Source: Bacteroidota bacterium (GTDB taxonomy: Bacteria > Bacteroidota > Bacteroidia > Chitinophagales > Saprospiraceae). From it: 64,000 nt of DNA. A program made the translations under genes and the position numbers. The notes beneath the pieces were generated by a model. It saw only the letters and a program-made list of their open reading frames with translations. It was not told the origin of the DNA and did no database searches. The stretch covers positions 309 through 64,308 of the forward strand of contig JAAAOU010000364.1 of assembly GCA_009908745.1 (NCBI GenBank). The letters are read 5' to 3'. This document shows positions 9,340-19,031 of this stretch, piece by piece. Position 1 is the stretch's first letter; each line of letters begins with the position of its first letter.

Positions 9340-12008
9340 GCGGAAGCGACTTGAATGACGTGTTTGGCCTCATCCACCACCAATTGCCCGTTGGCCTGCC
9401 GCTGAATGAGCAGGTACTGGTCAAAGCCATCTACAATATCCGGCGCCGCAAAGATGGGATAGAAGTGGTGCTCGCGGCAAAAGTCCACCAACTGCGGCCG
9501 GTTCTTCCCGTCAATAGTGGCAATCTCGTCGATGAAAAGCACCACGCGGTTCTCCGGGCTGCGGTCGGACAGCCGGCTGATGACCGCCATGACGATGATG
9601 AGGCGCAGCATACGGTCCGTACCATCTGACTCCACCTGCTTGCCGAGGTTGACGGAGCGTACTTTACCGTTGATGGACAGCCGTAGCTGGAGGTTGAAGA
9701 GGTCGCTAAAGGCGATGGCCTGCCCCTTTTCCAAGTACTCCTTCAGGATGTCGAGCCGTTGGGCAGTGTGCTGCGGCATACGGAAGAGGCCATCGGTGGT
9801 CAGGGATAGCTCGGCGATAGCGCGCAGATCGCCCTGCAGGCGTTCGTTGGGCTCGAGTAGCACATTGAGGGCCTCTAGATTGGAAATCTGGATTTCGCCC
9901 AGGGTGCGGTTGAATTCATTGTGCACAAACGCCTTGAACTCCTCGTAGGCATCAAGGAAGCGCTGGGCGGGGTTGGCAAACTGCACGGCGATGCTTTCCA
10001 GCAGGCTCTCTATACTGCGCTGCTTGTCCTTAATCGACAGCATTTCCTGCTCTAGTTGCCGGGCAAACTGCTGTTCGTCGGCCAGGTCGTAGTGGGTTTT
10101 GTCGCGCAGTTGCTGGAACAGACGCTGCCGGGCTTCCCGTTTTTGCCCCAGCTCTTTGCGCAGTTGTTTGAGCTGTTGGAACAACTGCCGCAGCGGCTCG
10201 GCCCCACGCACCATTTCCTGGGCATCGGGGGCCATGCTGGGCAGCTGCATGTCCTCCACTTCTGCTTGATCCCGTTCGAGTTCGCGCTGGGCTCGTTCGC
10301 TTTCCTGTACTTCCTCCTGCAACTGGGCGATAGCGGACTGCCGGCGGCGCAGCTCTTCCTGCACCACACGGTAGGCTTTTTCTTGGGCTTCCAGCTGCTG
10401 GCTGAGTTTGCGTTTTTGGCGCTCCTGCTGTTGTATGCGCTGGCGCAGCTCGGGCAGCGTGCGCACCTGTTGCAGTTGTTGCTCTAGGCGTTGTCGTTCC
10501 GCTTTGGCCTCCTCCAAGGCGGCTTTCTGCTCTTCGTAATGCTGCGCCGTGTCCATCAATTGCTCGTAGCGCTGTCGTTCTTGCTGCAGCTCGGCGATTT
10601 CCTCGGCCAGCTGCTTCGGGTCGCTGAGGTCTTGCAGGGGGAAGTCGGCGGGTAGCTCAATCTGGCCATCAAACAGCTTTATGCTTGTGCTTGCCTGGGT
10701 GACTATTTTTTTGATCTGGCCTTTCGGCAAACGGGCGATCTCGGGGTGCAAAATGCTATTGAGCAAGCGGCGTTGCTCGTCGTCCTTGGCCAGGTGGGCG
10801 ATCAGCCAGTCGCCAACATCGGCTTCTTGGGCTTTTTTGCGTTTTATCTGCTGCTCGATCCGGTCAATGCGGCGCTGCAGCTGCTCCGCGGACTGGCTGG
10901 CGGTAGTGGTATACTGCTGCAAGCGGAACCACAGCTGCTCGATGGTTTCCTGCTGGTTTTGCAACTGCTGCTCCAGCAGATTTTCCGCCGGCAGGTCTAA
11001 GATTTGGCCCTGCTCTTCCTGTAGCTGTAGCAAGGCGGAGGCGGCTTGTTGACGCTCGTAGTCCAGCCGGCCTCGTTGCTGATTGACGCGGTCGTTTTCG
11101 GCGCTTTTTTCCTGCAGTTCTTCCTGCAGCTGGGCAATTTCCTTTTCTTTCTTTTGCTGCTGTTCCATCAGCTGGGCGCGGCGCAGATTGGCACTGGCGG
11201 AGAAGGTAGCCGTCCGCTGACAAAGCTGCTCGTACAGGTTTTCCACTTCTTCCACCAGCAGCTTGAACTGCTCGAATTCCGTTTCAATGTTTTTGAGTAC
11301 TGCCAATTGCTGGCTCTGGTAGCGCAGGCGGTCGATCTGCTGAATATTCTGCCGGCTGTAGCTCAGCTCGTCCTGGTCGCGGCTGTCGGCAATCAGCAGG
11401 ATATCTTTCAAAGCGCGATTGTCGATCAGCTTGGAGTTGATGAGGTAGCGGTAGACCTTGTTGAAGCTGTTGTAGGTGCCGCTCATCTTGCACTTGTCGG
11501 TGAGCCAGACCACGGCGTCGTTGCGTTGGCCAACCTGGTAGATGTGTTTCAGCACCTCCTGTACTTGGTCGATTTTTTTGACCTTTACCCCTTCCTCTAC
11601 CAAGTGCCGTAGCAGCTCTCTGTACGATCGCAGGTGCTGCCCGTCTGCCTGTTCATCGAAGAAGAAGTCGCGGCGGTACGCTTGTTGGAGCTGGGTGTAG
11701 TGCAGGTCGTTTTCTGCGTCCCGGTGCACCAGCATGCAGTACCGTTTTTGCCGTTTCAGTACCTCGAAAACGATGAAGCTGCGCTCCGGATTGGGGAAGT
11801 AGTGCGCCAGTGTCTCCTTGTCGGCCGTGCGCTGCCCGCTGAAGTTCATCAGCCGCTTATTGACGAGGAAGAGGAAGTTGAGGGCGTAAATCAACGAGCT
11901 CTTTCCCACGTTATTAGGGCCTACCAATTGCAGGGAGTGGCCGTGTTCAAAGCCCACTTCCGCCATTTTGTAGGCGCAGGAGTTGATAAGTACGAGTTTG
12001 GTCAGCAT
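9336..12008 (-). CDS. mksB: MksB-like SMC ATPase (condensin core subunit)
   Basis: Walker A GPNNVGKS, long Q/E-rich coiled coils, signature ESDGT, Walker B/D-loop VLFIDEIATID; no CxxC zinc hook. ATG at 12008 preferred over the TTG at 12017. Confidence 0.85.
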   Translation of the reverse strand: MLTKLVLINSCAYKMAEVGFEHGHSLQLVGPNNVGKSSLIYALNFLFLVNKRLMNFSGQRTADKETLAHYFPNPERSFIVFEVLKRQKRYCMLVHRDAENDLHYTQLQQAYRRDFFFDEQADGQHLRSYRELLRHLVEEGVKVKKIDQVQEVLKHIYQVGQRNDAVVWLTDKCKMSGTYNSFNKVYRYLINSKLIDNRALKDILLIADSRDQDELSYSRQNIQQIDRLRYQSQQLAVLKNIETEFEQFKLLVEEVENLYEQLCQRTATFSASANLRRAQLMEQQQKKEKEIAQLQEELQEKSAENDRVNQQRGRLDYERQQAASALLQLQEEQGQILDLPAENLLEQQLQNQQETIEQLWFRLQQYTTTASQSAEQLQRRIDRIEQQIKRKKAQEADVGDWLIAHLAKDDEQRRLLNSILHPEIARLPKGQIKKIVTQASTSIKLFDGQIELPADFPLQDLSDPKQLAEEIAELQQERQRYEQLMDTAQHYEEQKAALEEAKAERQRLEQQLQQVRTLPELRQRIQQQERQKRKLSQQLEAQEKAYRVVQEELRRRQSAIAQLQEEVQESERAQRELERDQAEVEDMQLPSMAPDAQEMVRGAEPLRQLFQQLKQLRKELGQKREARQRLFQQLRDKTHYDLADEQQFARQLEQEMLSIKDKQRSIESLLESIAVQFANPAQRFLDAYEEFKAFVHNEFNRTLGEIQISNLEALNVLLEPNERLQGDLRAIAELSLTTDGLFRMPQHTAQRLDILKEYLEKGQAIAFSDLFNLQLRLSINGKVRSVNLGKQVESDGTDRMLRLIIVMAVISRLSDRSPENRVVLFIDEIATIDGKNRPQLVDFCREHHFYPIFAAPDIVDGFDQYLLIQRQANGQLVVDEAKHVIQVASA

Positions 12009-12035
12009 AGCGGGCAAAGATAAATAATCTCCCCG

Positions 12036-13106
12036 CTACTCCATACGCCAAGTCGTTTTAAGCTGCTGCCGCGCCTGATGCCGTTCGACGGCGAAGCGGA
12101 GCAGCTCTTCAATGAGGTCGGGATAGGCCAGGCCAGCCGCTTCCCACAGCTGCGGGTACATACTGATGTTGGTAAAGCCGGGCAAGGTGTTGACTTCATT
12201 GACGTACACCCGGCCGTCCGGGCAGAGGAACATGTCGACACGTGCCAGCACCTCGCCGTCTAGCGCGCGGAAGGCCCGTAGCGCTACCTCCTGCAGTTGC
12301 TTGAGCTCCACCTTGGTAACTTCGGTGGGGATGAGGAGCTCGGCGGGGTTATCGTCTTCGTACTTGGCGTCGAAAGAATATTCCTCGGGGGTGATGATTT
12401 CGCCTACCGCGGTAGCCTTAGGGTGTTCGTTGCCGAGGATGGCGCACTCAAGTTCCCGACCCTCAATCATTTCTTCGATAATCAGCTTTTGGTCATACTG
12501 AAAGGCATCCTCAATGGCGGCCACAAAATCAGTTTCATTTTTGATTTTATGTACGCCTACGGAAGAGCCCATATTGGCCGGTTTTACGAAAAAGGGGCTA
12601 CCTAATTGCGCGCGGATATGCTGGTAGTCTAGCTCCGCTCTTTCGTGGGCGTGTACGACTATGCCCCGCGCTACATTCAAGCCCGCGTGTTGCAGCAGCC
12701 GTTTGGCTACATCCTTATCCATCGCTATAGCAGAGCCAAGCACATCCGGCCCGACAAAGGGCAAGTTGAGGGTGCGGAGTAAACCTTGCGTAATACCATC
12801 TTCCCCCTGCGGCCCGTGCAGGATGAGGAATACGGCGTCTATCGGCCCTATCGCTTGCTGATTGTCCAGCCGAATAATTTGCTGGCCGTTGCCGCCCGGG
12901 ACCAGAGCAAGCTGAGGGCCGGTTTCGGGCACATACTTACCGAGCTGCGCTTCCTGCAGCAGACGCCATTTGCCTTTAAAATCGACACCAATCAGCAGGA
13001 CTTCGTACTTGTCGCGGCGGATAGCGGCGAGGATGTTCTTGGCAGAACGGACGGAGATTTCATGTTCAGGGGACTTCCCCCCGCAGAGTACGGCTATAGT
13101 TTTCAA
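12036..13106 (-). CDS. ddl: D-alanine--D-alanine ligase
   Basis: GGKSPEHEISVRS, LHGPQGEDG, GSAIAMDK, KPANMGSSVG, RVDMF, NEVNTLPGFT..SMYP. Confidence 0.97.
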   Translation of the reverse strand: MKTIAVLCGGKSPEHEISVRSAKNILAAIRRDKYEVLLIGVDFKGKWRLLQEAQLGKYVPETGPQLALVPGGNGQQIIRLDNQQAIGPIDAVFLILHGPQGEDGITQGLLRTLNLPFVGPDVLGSAIAMDKDVAKRLLQHAGLNVARGIVVHAHERAELDYQHIRAQLGSPFFVKPANMGSSVGVHKIKNETDFVAAIEDAFQYDQKLIIEEMIEGRELECAILGNEHPKATAVGEIITPEEYSFDAKYEDDNPAELLIPTEVTKVELKQLQEVALRAFRALDGEVLARVDMFLCPDGRVYVNEVNTLPGFTNISMYPQLWEAAGLAYPDLIEELLRFAVERHQARQQLKTTWRME

Positions 13107-13132
13107 TGGGCGATGGTTTTACGCGCAAGTTC

Positions 13133-13173
13133 AAAAAAAATCCCCACTTGATTGAGGTATCAAGCGGGGATTT
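13133..13173 (-). terminator. Intrinsic terminator downstream of rho
   Basis: 15-bp stem (13138-13152 / 13159-13173). The single mismatch is a G-U pair on the minus-strand RNA. The A8 tract at 13133-13140 gives the U-tail. Confidence 0.8.
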
Positions 13174-13194
13174 GTGTTTCGCTATTGCTCGTTC

Positions 13195-14847
13195 TTATCC
13201 ATTCATAGAAGTCAGGAACTCTTCGTTGCTCTGCGTGCTGACCATGTGTTTGCGCAGGAATTCGAACGCTTCGTCCGGCTTCATGTCGGCCAGGTGGTTG
13301 CGTAGGATGAACATACGCTGCAAGGCATCCTTGTCCAACAGCAGATCCTCGCGGCGGGTGCTCGACTTGGTGAGGTCGATGGCCGGGTAGAGGCGCTTGT
13401 TGGCCAGGGAGCGGTCGAGTTGCAGCTCCATGTTGCCGGTACCTTTGAATTCCTCAAAGATCACACCGTCCATCTTGGAGCCGGTATCGATCAAGGCGGT
13501 AGCCAGAATCGTCAGCGAGCCGCCGTCTTCGATATTACGGGCCGCACCAAAGAACTTCTTCGGCTTGTGCAGGGCGTTGGCTTCTACACCACCGGAGAGG
13601 ACTTTGCCGCTAGCCGGAGCCACGGTGTTGTAAGCCCGTGCCAGGCGGGTGATGGAGTCAAGCAGGATCACTACATCGTGGCCGCTTTCCACCAAGCGCT
13701 TTGCTTTTTCGAGTACGATGCCCGCCACGCGCACGTGGTTTTCGGCCGGCTCGTCGAAGGTGGAAGATACTACTTCGGCGTTCACGCTGCGCTTCATGTC
13801 GGTGACTTCTTCCGGGCGCTCGTCGATGAGCAGCACGATCATGTAGCATTCGGGGTGGTTTTTCGCCACCGCGTTAGCCACGTCTTTTAGCAAGAAGGTC
13901 TTACCCGTTTTGGGTTGCGCGACAATCAGCCCACGCTGGCCTTTGCCGATAGGCGTGAACAGGTCGATCATGCGGTTGCCGATGTCTTTGCCCGTTGGAG
14001 AGGAGGTCAGGGAGAACTTCTCTGTGGGGAACAAGGGCGTGAGGTAGTCAAAGGGTACGCGGTCACGGACGTCCTGCGGAGCGAGGCCGTTGATTTTGGA
14101 AACCCGGAGCAGGGCGAAGTACTTTTCCCCTTCTTTGGGAGGGCGGATAGCGCCGCGGACCGTATCGCCAGTCCGCAAGCCAAAGAGTTTGATCTGCGAA
14201 GGAGACACATATATATCGTCTGGTGAGGTCAGGTAGTTGTAGTCCGAAGAGCGGAGAAAGCCGTAGCCATCGGGCATCATTTCCAGGATACCTTCGCCTT
14301 CGACAATACCATCGAGTTCGATATCGAACTTTTCCTCTTTTGATTTGGGCGGGTCCTGCTTTTTGGATTTACCGTGGTCTTTGTCGTTATCGGGGCGACG
14401 GCGGCTATCCGGCTGCTTTTCGGGCGGGTTGGGCTTATCGGCGGGTTTAGGGTCGGCGGCAGGTTTGGGGTCCGGTTTGGAAGACTTGCTCTCGTCCTTA
14501 GCTTTGCCGCGGACCGTGCGGCGGCGGGGAGGCTCTTTGTCCTCGTCCTTGGACTTGGGTTTGGATTTGCCGCGTCCGCCTTCATCCGACGATTTGGAAG
14601 AGCGGCCGCTGTCTTTTTTGCTACCGCGGGTGCGGCGCGTACGGCTAGGTTTGTCATCGCTTTGTTCCTCCCCTTTGCTGCTTTTGGGTTCCTGGCCGTT
14701 GGAGTCGCCGGAAGCAGCTTGGTGGTCGAGGATTTTATAGATGAGTTCTTGTTTGTTGAGCCGCTTATACCCTTTCAACCCTAGCTTTTCAGCGAGCTCT
14801 CTCAGCTCGGGCACAAGCATGTAGTTCAACTGTGAAATATCCAACAT
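13195..14847 (-). CDS. rho: Transcription termination factor Rho with a long low-complexity N-terminal insertion
   Basis: Rho_N ([10 protein letters not shown]...KQELIYKIL), [10 protein letters not shown]...[49 protein letters not shown]. Confidence 0.98.
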   Translation of the reverse strand: MLDISQLNYMLVPELRELAEKLGLKGYKRLNKQELIYKILDHQAASGDSNGQEPKSSKGEEQSDDKPSRTRRTRGSKKDSGRSSKSSDEGGRGKSKPKSKDEDKEPPRRRTVRGKAKDESKSSKPDPKPAADPKPADKPNPPEKQPDSRRRPDNDKDHGKSKKQDPPKSKEEKFDIELDGIVEGEGILEMMPDGYGFLRSSDYNYLTSPDDIYVSPSQIKLFGLRTGDTVRGAIRPPKEGEKYFALLRVSKINGLAPQDVRDRVPFDYLTPLFPTEKFSLTSSPTGKDIGNRMIDLFTPIGKGQRGLIVAQPKTGKTFLLKDVANAVAKNHPECYMIVLLIDERPEEVTDMKRSVNAEVVSSTFDEPAENHVRVAGIVLEKAKRLVESGHDVVILLDSITRLARAYNTVAPASGKVLSGGVEANALHKPKKFFGAARNIEDGGSLTILATALIDTGSKMDGVIFEEFKGTGNMELQLDRSLANKRLYPAIDLTKSSTRREDLLLDKDALQRMFILRNHLADMKPDEAFEFLRKHMVSTQSNEEFLTSMNG

Positions 14848-15128
14848 AATATTGATCGTGTGTTACTTTGTGTTAGAATTGATAAAAAGAAGACGTTTTG
14901 TTCTGTTATTACATCTAAAAAGCTGTGGAAAAAAGAACAGTGGAGAATAATCTGTTTTACCAGAGGTACGCCAAGACTAAAAGCTATTGCCACCCATCAA
15001 CCCTTATCTAACAAGTAATGTAAATTGGAGTGAAATGTAGCACCTAAATTGGTACAGGGGGTAGCTTGCTTGATGTGCATTCGCGCTTTGGTGCTACAAA
15101 AATACGTTTATTTTCTCAATTCAAATAG

Positions 15129-15136
15129 TATCTTTG
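15129..15136 (+). promoter_or_regulatory. Bacteroidota housekeeping -7 promoter element (TAnnTTTG) for serS
   Basis: TAtcTTTG about 80 bp upstream of the ATG at 15217. Confidence 0.6.
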
Positions 15137-15216
15137 CAAAAAAAAGAACCAATACTTGCTTCCAAAGTTCATTGCGCCTTGAATTTTTCGGCACAGAAGC
15201 AAATCAAAATTATCTT

Positions 15217-16503
15217 ATGCTTGAACTTAACTACCTGAGGGCCAATACACAACGTGTTAAAGCCGGGCTAAGAGTCAGGAGCTTGCCCGAGGAGGAACAA
15301 CGCATTGTCGATGACATCATAGCATTAGACGACCGCCGGAAGGCACTGCAGACGGAACTGGATCAACTGCTGGCAGAACGCAACGCTTTGTCGAAGGAGA
15401 TCGGCGGTTTGTTCAAATCCGGGAAACGCGAAGAAGCGGAAGCCAAGCGCGCCCGGGTAAACGAGATTAAAGAGGAGGCCTCAGCTACCGAGGAGCAGCT
15501 CAAGGCTGCTAAGGTGCAACTGGAAGACTTATTGTATAAGGTGCCTAACGTGCCCCATGAATCGGTGCCGGCCGGCGACAGCGACGAAGACAATGAGGTT
15601 TACCAAGACTGGTCAGGGGGCCTGCCCCAACTGCCGGAAGGGTCACTACCGCACTGGGAGCTGGCGCAGTACTATCCGCTGTTCGACCTGGAGCTGGGCA
15701 CCAAACTCACCGGTTCGGGCTTTCCAGTCTATCGCGGCAAAGGTGCACGGCTACAGCGGTCCCTAATTCAGTTTTTCTTGGACGAAGCCGCCAAAGCAGG
15801 CTATGAGGAAATCCTGCCGCCCTTGATCGTCAATGATGCGACGGCCCGGGCTACCGGTCAGTTGCCAGACAAAGAGGGGCAAATGTATCATATCGAACGG
15901 GAGGATTTCTACCTCATCCCTACGGCGGAGGTGCCGATTACCAACATCTACCGGGACGTGATTTTGGAGGAAAAAGACTTTCCGATCAAAATGACGGGGC
16001 ACACCCCTTGTTTTCGCCGGGAGGCGGGCTCTTACGGCGCAGATGTGCGCGGCCTGAACCGGGTCCACCAATTTGAAAAAGTGGAGATCGTGCAGATTCA
16101 GCACCCGGATAAATCCTACGAGACGCTGGAGGAGATGCTGCAGCACGTGGGGGGATTGCTCGACAAGCTGGAGCTCCCTTACCGCATTCTGCGGCTGTGC
16201 GGCGGCGACCTGGGCTTCACGGCCGCTCTGACGTTTGACTTTGAGGTCTACTCAGCGGCGCAGAAACGCTGGCTGGAGGTCAGCTCCGTGTCCAATTTCG
16301 AGACCTATCAGTCCAACCGGATGAAGCTGCGTTTCAAGGATGGCAAGCAGTCTCGCCTAGCGCACACCCTCAACGGTTCGGCACTGGCATTGGCCCGTAT
16401 CGTAGCGGCTTTGATCGAAAACAATCAGACGCCAGACGGCATTATGATTCCTAAAGTGTTACAGGATTATACGGGCTTTGACCGCATCGAGAAAAAGGCG
16501 TGA
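15217..16503 (+). CDS. serS: Serine--tRNA ligase
   Basis: MLELNYLR, PNVPHESVP.G, LIPTAEVP, FRREAGSYG...GLNRVHQFEKVE, EVSSVSNF..YQ..R, HTLNGS.LA. Start placed at ATG 15217. Confidence 0.97.
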   Translation: MLELNYLRANTQRVKAGLRVRSLPEEEQRIVDDIIALDDRRKALQTELDQLLAERNALSKEIGGLFKSGKREEAEAKRARVNEIKEEASATEEQLKAAKVQLEDLLYKVPNVPHESVPAGDSDEDNEVYQDWSGGLPQLPEGSLPHWELAQYYPLFDLELGTKLTGSGFPVYRGKGARLQRSLIQFFLDEAAKAGYEEILPPLIVNDATARATGQLPDKEGQMYHIEREDFYLIPTAEVPITNIYRDVILEEKDFPIKMTGHTPCFRREAGSYGADVRGLNRVHQFEKVEIVQIQHPDKSYETLEEMLQHVGGLLDKLELPYRILRLCGGDLGFTAALTFDFEVYSAAQKRWLEVSSVSNFETYQSNRMKLRFKDGKQSRLAHTLNGSALALARIVAALIENNQTPDGIMIPKVLQDYTGFDRIEKKA

Positions 16504-16551
16504 GCATGGTGGCCAAAGCTCATGTTTGCCGTTTAAAATAATAAAACGACT

Positions 16552-17244
16552 ATGGGAGCATACTATGGTTATATGATTGTAGCCGGCATCCTGTCGCTAG
16601 TCGGTGCTTTTGTGAGCCGGCGGTTGAAAAGTAAATTTCAGCACTACAGCCAAGTCCGGCTCAACGCAGGGCTGTCGGGCCGGGAAGTGGCAGAGCAGAT
16701 GCTTCGGCACTATGGTATCACAGATGTCAAAATTGTAGAAGGGCAAGGTTTTTTGACCGACCACTACAATCCGGTCAGCAAAAAGGTAAGCCTCAGCCCG
16801 GGCGTGTACCGGGGCGAGAGTGTGGCTTCGGCAGCGGTAGCGGCGCATGAATGCGGGCATGCCGTGCAGCACGCGCAAGCTTACAGCATGTTGCAAGTGC
16901 GTTCTGCCCTGGTGCCGGTGGTAAATGTCTCCGCCCGCGCCCAACAGTTCTTGCTCATTATCGCTTTTTTGACGCTGTCTACGATGCCGTCGATCATGCT
17001 GGTTACCATTATCGCTTTTGCGGTGACGACCTTGTTCAGTTTCGTGACTTTACCCGTAGAGTTTGACGCTAGCAAGCGGGCACTGGCTTGGCTGGACCGC
17101 AGCGGGGTAGCCCAGGGGCAGAATTATGAAGGGGCAAAAGACGCCCTCTGGTGGGCGGCTATGACCTATGTGGCTTCTGCGCTTTCCGCCCTTGTCATGC
17201 TGCTTTATTTGGTCCTCCGCTATTCTGCCGCGTCACGCAACTAG
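16552..17244 (+). CDS. Putative neutral zinc metallopeptidase (YugP/Zn_peptidase_2 family)
   Basis: LTDHYNP, VAAHECGHAVQH (HExxH), TLPVEFDASKRA, AAMTYV. Confidence 0.9.
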   Translation: MGAYYGYMIVAGILSLVGAFVSRRLKSKFQHYSQVRLNAGLSGREVAEQMLRHYGITDVKIVEGQGFLTDHYNPVSKKVSLSPGVYRGESVASAAVAAHECGHAVQHAQAYSMLQVRSALVPVVNVSARAQQFLLIIAFLTLSTMPSIMLVTIIAFAVTTLFSFVTLPVEFDASKRALAWLDRSGVAQGQNYEGAKDALWWAAMTYVASALSALVMLLYLVLRYSAASRN

Positions 17245-17367
17245 GGGTAAAGAGGTATACGCTGTGGCGGAAGGGGTCAAAACGCGTGTCTTTTTGCCTT
17301 GGTCAATACAGAGCCGTTTGGTTTAGTGCGAAAACAGCCAACCAATCTGTTTCTAGTATAAATTCCT

Positions 17368-17375
17368 TATTTTTG
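17368..17375 (+). promoter_or_regulatory. TAnnTTTG -7 element for frr
   Basis: TAttTTTG 25 bp upstream of the ATG at 17401. Confidence 0.55.
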
Positions 17376-17400
17376 CCCTATAATCTAAAATTGAAGAATT

Positions 17401-17964
17401 ATGCAGGAAGATGCTGAACAGTATGTGAGCGAAGCCAAAGGCTCCATGCAAAAATCACTCGACCACCTCAAGCAAGAGCTAAGTAAAATCCGGGCGGGTA
17501 AAGCTTCTCCGGATATGCTGTCTGGTATATCGGTACCTTACTACGGCAATCAGACGCCGCTGAATCAAGTGGCGAATGTTACCTCTTCTGACTCGCGCAC
17601 CTTGGTGATTCAACCTTGGGAGAAGTCGATGATTGCGCCGATCGAAAAGGCCATTTTCGAAGCCAACTTGGGTTTGACACCTCAAAACGACGGCGACTTG
17701 GTGCGTATCAACATTCCGGCACTGACCGAAGAGCGCCGCAAGCAGTTGGTCAAGCAGGCCAAAAACTTCGGGGAAGAAACCAAGGTGAGCCTGCGCAGCG
17801 CCCGACGCGATGCTATGGAGCACCTCAAGAAGGCCATCAAAGAGGGGTACCCGGAAGATGCGGGCAAGCGCCTAGAGGATGAAGTGGAACAGCTCACCAA
17901 GTCCTACACCAATAAGGTGGATGAGACCGTGGAAGCCAAGGAAAATGACATCATGACGCTGTAA
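17401..17964 (+). CDS. frr: Ribosome recycling factor
   Basis: IRAGKASP, YYGNQTPLNQVANV, IQPWEKS..IEKAI, PQNDG..RI.IPALTEERRKQLVK. Confidence 0.98.
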   Translation: MQEDAEQYVSEAKGSMQKSLDHLKQELSKIRAGKASPDMLSGISVPYYGNQTPLNQVANVTSSDSRTLVIQPWEKSMIAPIEKAIFEANLGLTPQNDGDLVRINIPALTEERRKQLVKQAKNFGEETKVSLRSARRDAMEHLKKAIKEGYPEDAGKRLEDEVEQLTKSYTNKVDETVEAKENDIMTL

Positions 17965-18012
17965 CGCCCTGAAAATTACGGCTTATCGCTTGCTTGTTCC
18001 GGGGGATAAGCT

Positions 18013-18020
18013 TACCTTTG
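18013..18020 (+). promoter_or_regulatory. TAnnTTTG -7 element for rpmH
   Basis: TAccTTTG 43 bp upstream of the ATG at 18064. Confidence 0.6.
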
Positions 18021-18063
18021 TCGGACTTTTTGAAAAAGGGTCTAAAATAGAAACTGCAAGATA

Positions 18064-18219
18064 ATGAAGCGTACATATCAACCATCACGAAGAAAACGGA
18101 AGAACAAGCACGGCTACCGCTCCCGTATGAGCAGCAAAAATGGCCGCAAAGTACTGGCACGCCGCCGTGCGAAAGGGCGCAAGAAACTCACGGTGTCTAA
18201 CGAGAAGCGCCTGAAGTAA
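18064..18219 (+). CDS. rpmH: 50S ribosomal protein L34 (too short for the ORF track)
   Basis: Manual translation: [51 protein letters not shown]. Confidence 0.97.
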   Translation: MKRTYQPSRRKRKNKHGYRSRMSSKNGRKVLARRRAKGRKKLTVSNEKRLK

Positions 18220-18305
18220 GCCCTCCGGCCCTCATAAAAGTCTGAAGAACTAGGCAAAGCCGAGTGTGGTCTATGTACCGCTCGGCTTTGCCTTTTCTGT
18301 GGGGG

Positions 18306-18971
18306 CTAAAGGCCGTTGCGTTGCTTTTGCAGCTTTTTGATCAATTTTTCCTGCTCCGCAATTTTAGCCTGCATATCCGCCTGCTCCTGCAGGTTCTGCT
18401 CAATGTCTGCCTCGGCCTGGCGGATTGTTTCCTTGGCGCGTTCTATCTCGCGCTCAGCGCGTTCTTTCTTGGAAGCGAGTCTTTCCAGATCCCGGTTCAT
18501 ATCCTTGAGGAGGTCTTCCTGCGCCTCAATATCAAGCCGCATTTTTTCCCGGGCCACTTCCAGGGCAAAGCGTAGCAGCAGTTTTTCCGCTTCGGTATAG
18601 CGGGCGGGGTGCTCTCGCGAATTGAGGAACGCGCCGCCCAAGTCGACCCACAGTTGAATCTCCACATTCTCTCCTTGCTCTTCGGTTTTTGCGTAAACAT
18701 CCACCGTATTGCCAGCACCCAAAGCGGATAGGTCCGCATCGTCCGACAGCCACTCGTCGTCGCGGCGTTGCCATTTGGGCTTTTCGCGGTAGAAGTCTTT
18801 CATGTACTGCTTCCAGAAGTCGGAGACGAGGTCTTGGCTGACGCTTGGGATTTCTAGTACCAGCGCGGGTTGCTGACCAGCGCTCATGTCCAGCATTTTC
18901 TCCTGAACCTGTGGCAGGGCGAGGGTAGGAAGAAGTAATAGGGCTGCAATAGTGAAGAATCTGTTTTCCAT
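18306..18971 (-). CDS. Exported hypothetical protein with a C-terminal coiled coil
   Basis: Signal peptide, alpha/beta N-domain and an E/K/Q-rich heptad tail; 221 aa. Confidence 0.75.
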   Translation of the reverse strand: MENRFFTIAALLLLPTLALPQVQEKMLDMSAGQQPALVLEIPSVSQDLVSDFWKQYMKDFYREKPKWQRRDDEWLSDDADLSALGAGNTVDVYAKTEEQGENVEIQLWVDLGGAFLNSREHPARYTEAEKLLLRFALEVAREKMRLDIEAQEDLLKDMNRDLERLASKKERAEREIERAKETIRQAEADIEQNLQEQADMQAKIAEQEKLIKKLQKQRNGL

Positions 18972-19031
18972 GGTATGAAAAGATTTAGTCTGTTTTTTAT
19001 GACGCCTGTTCCTGCAGAAGTAACCTGTTGA

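Noticed and set aside
9336-12008. SbcC/Rad50 or a complete Wadjet defence system
   Set aside because: There is no CxxC zinc hook, no SbcD nuclease and no JetB or JetD; the motifs match MksB.
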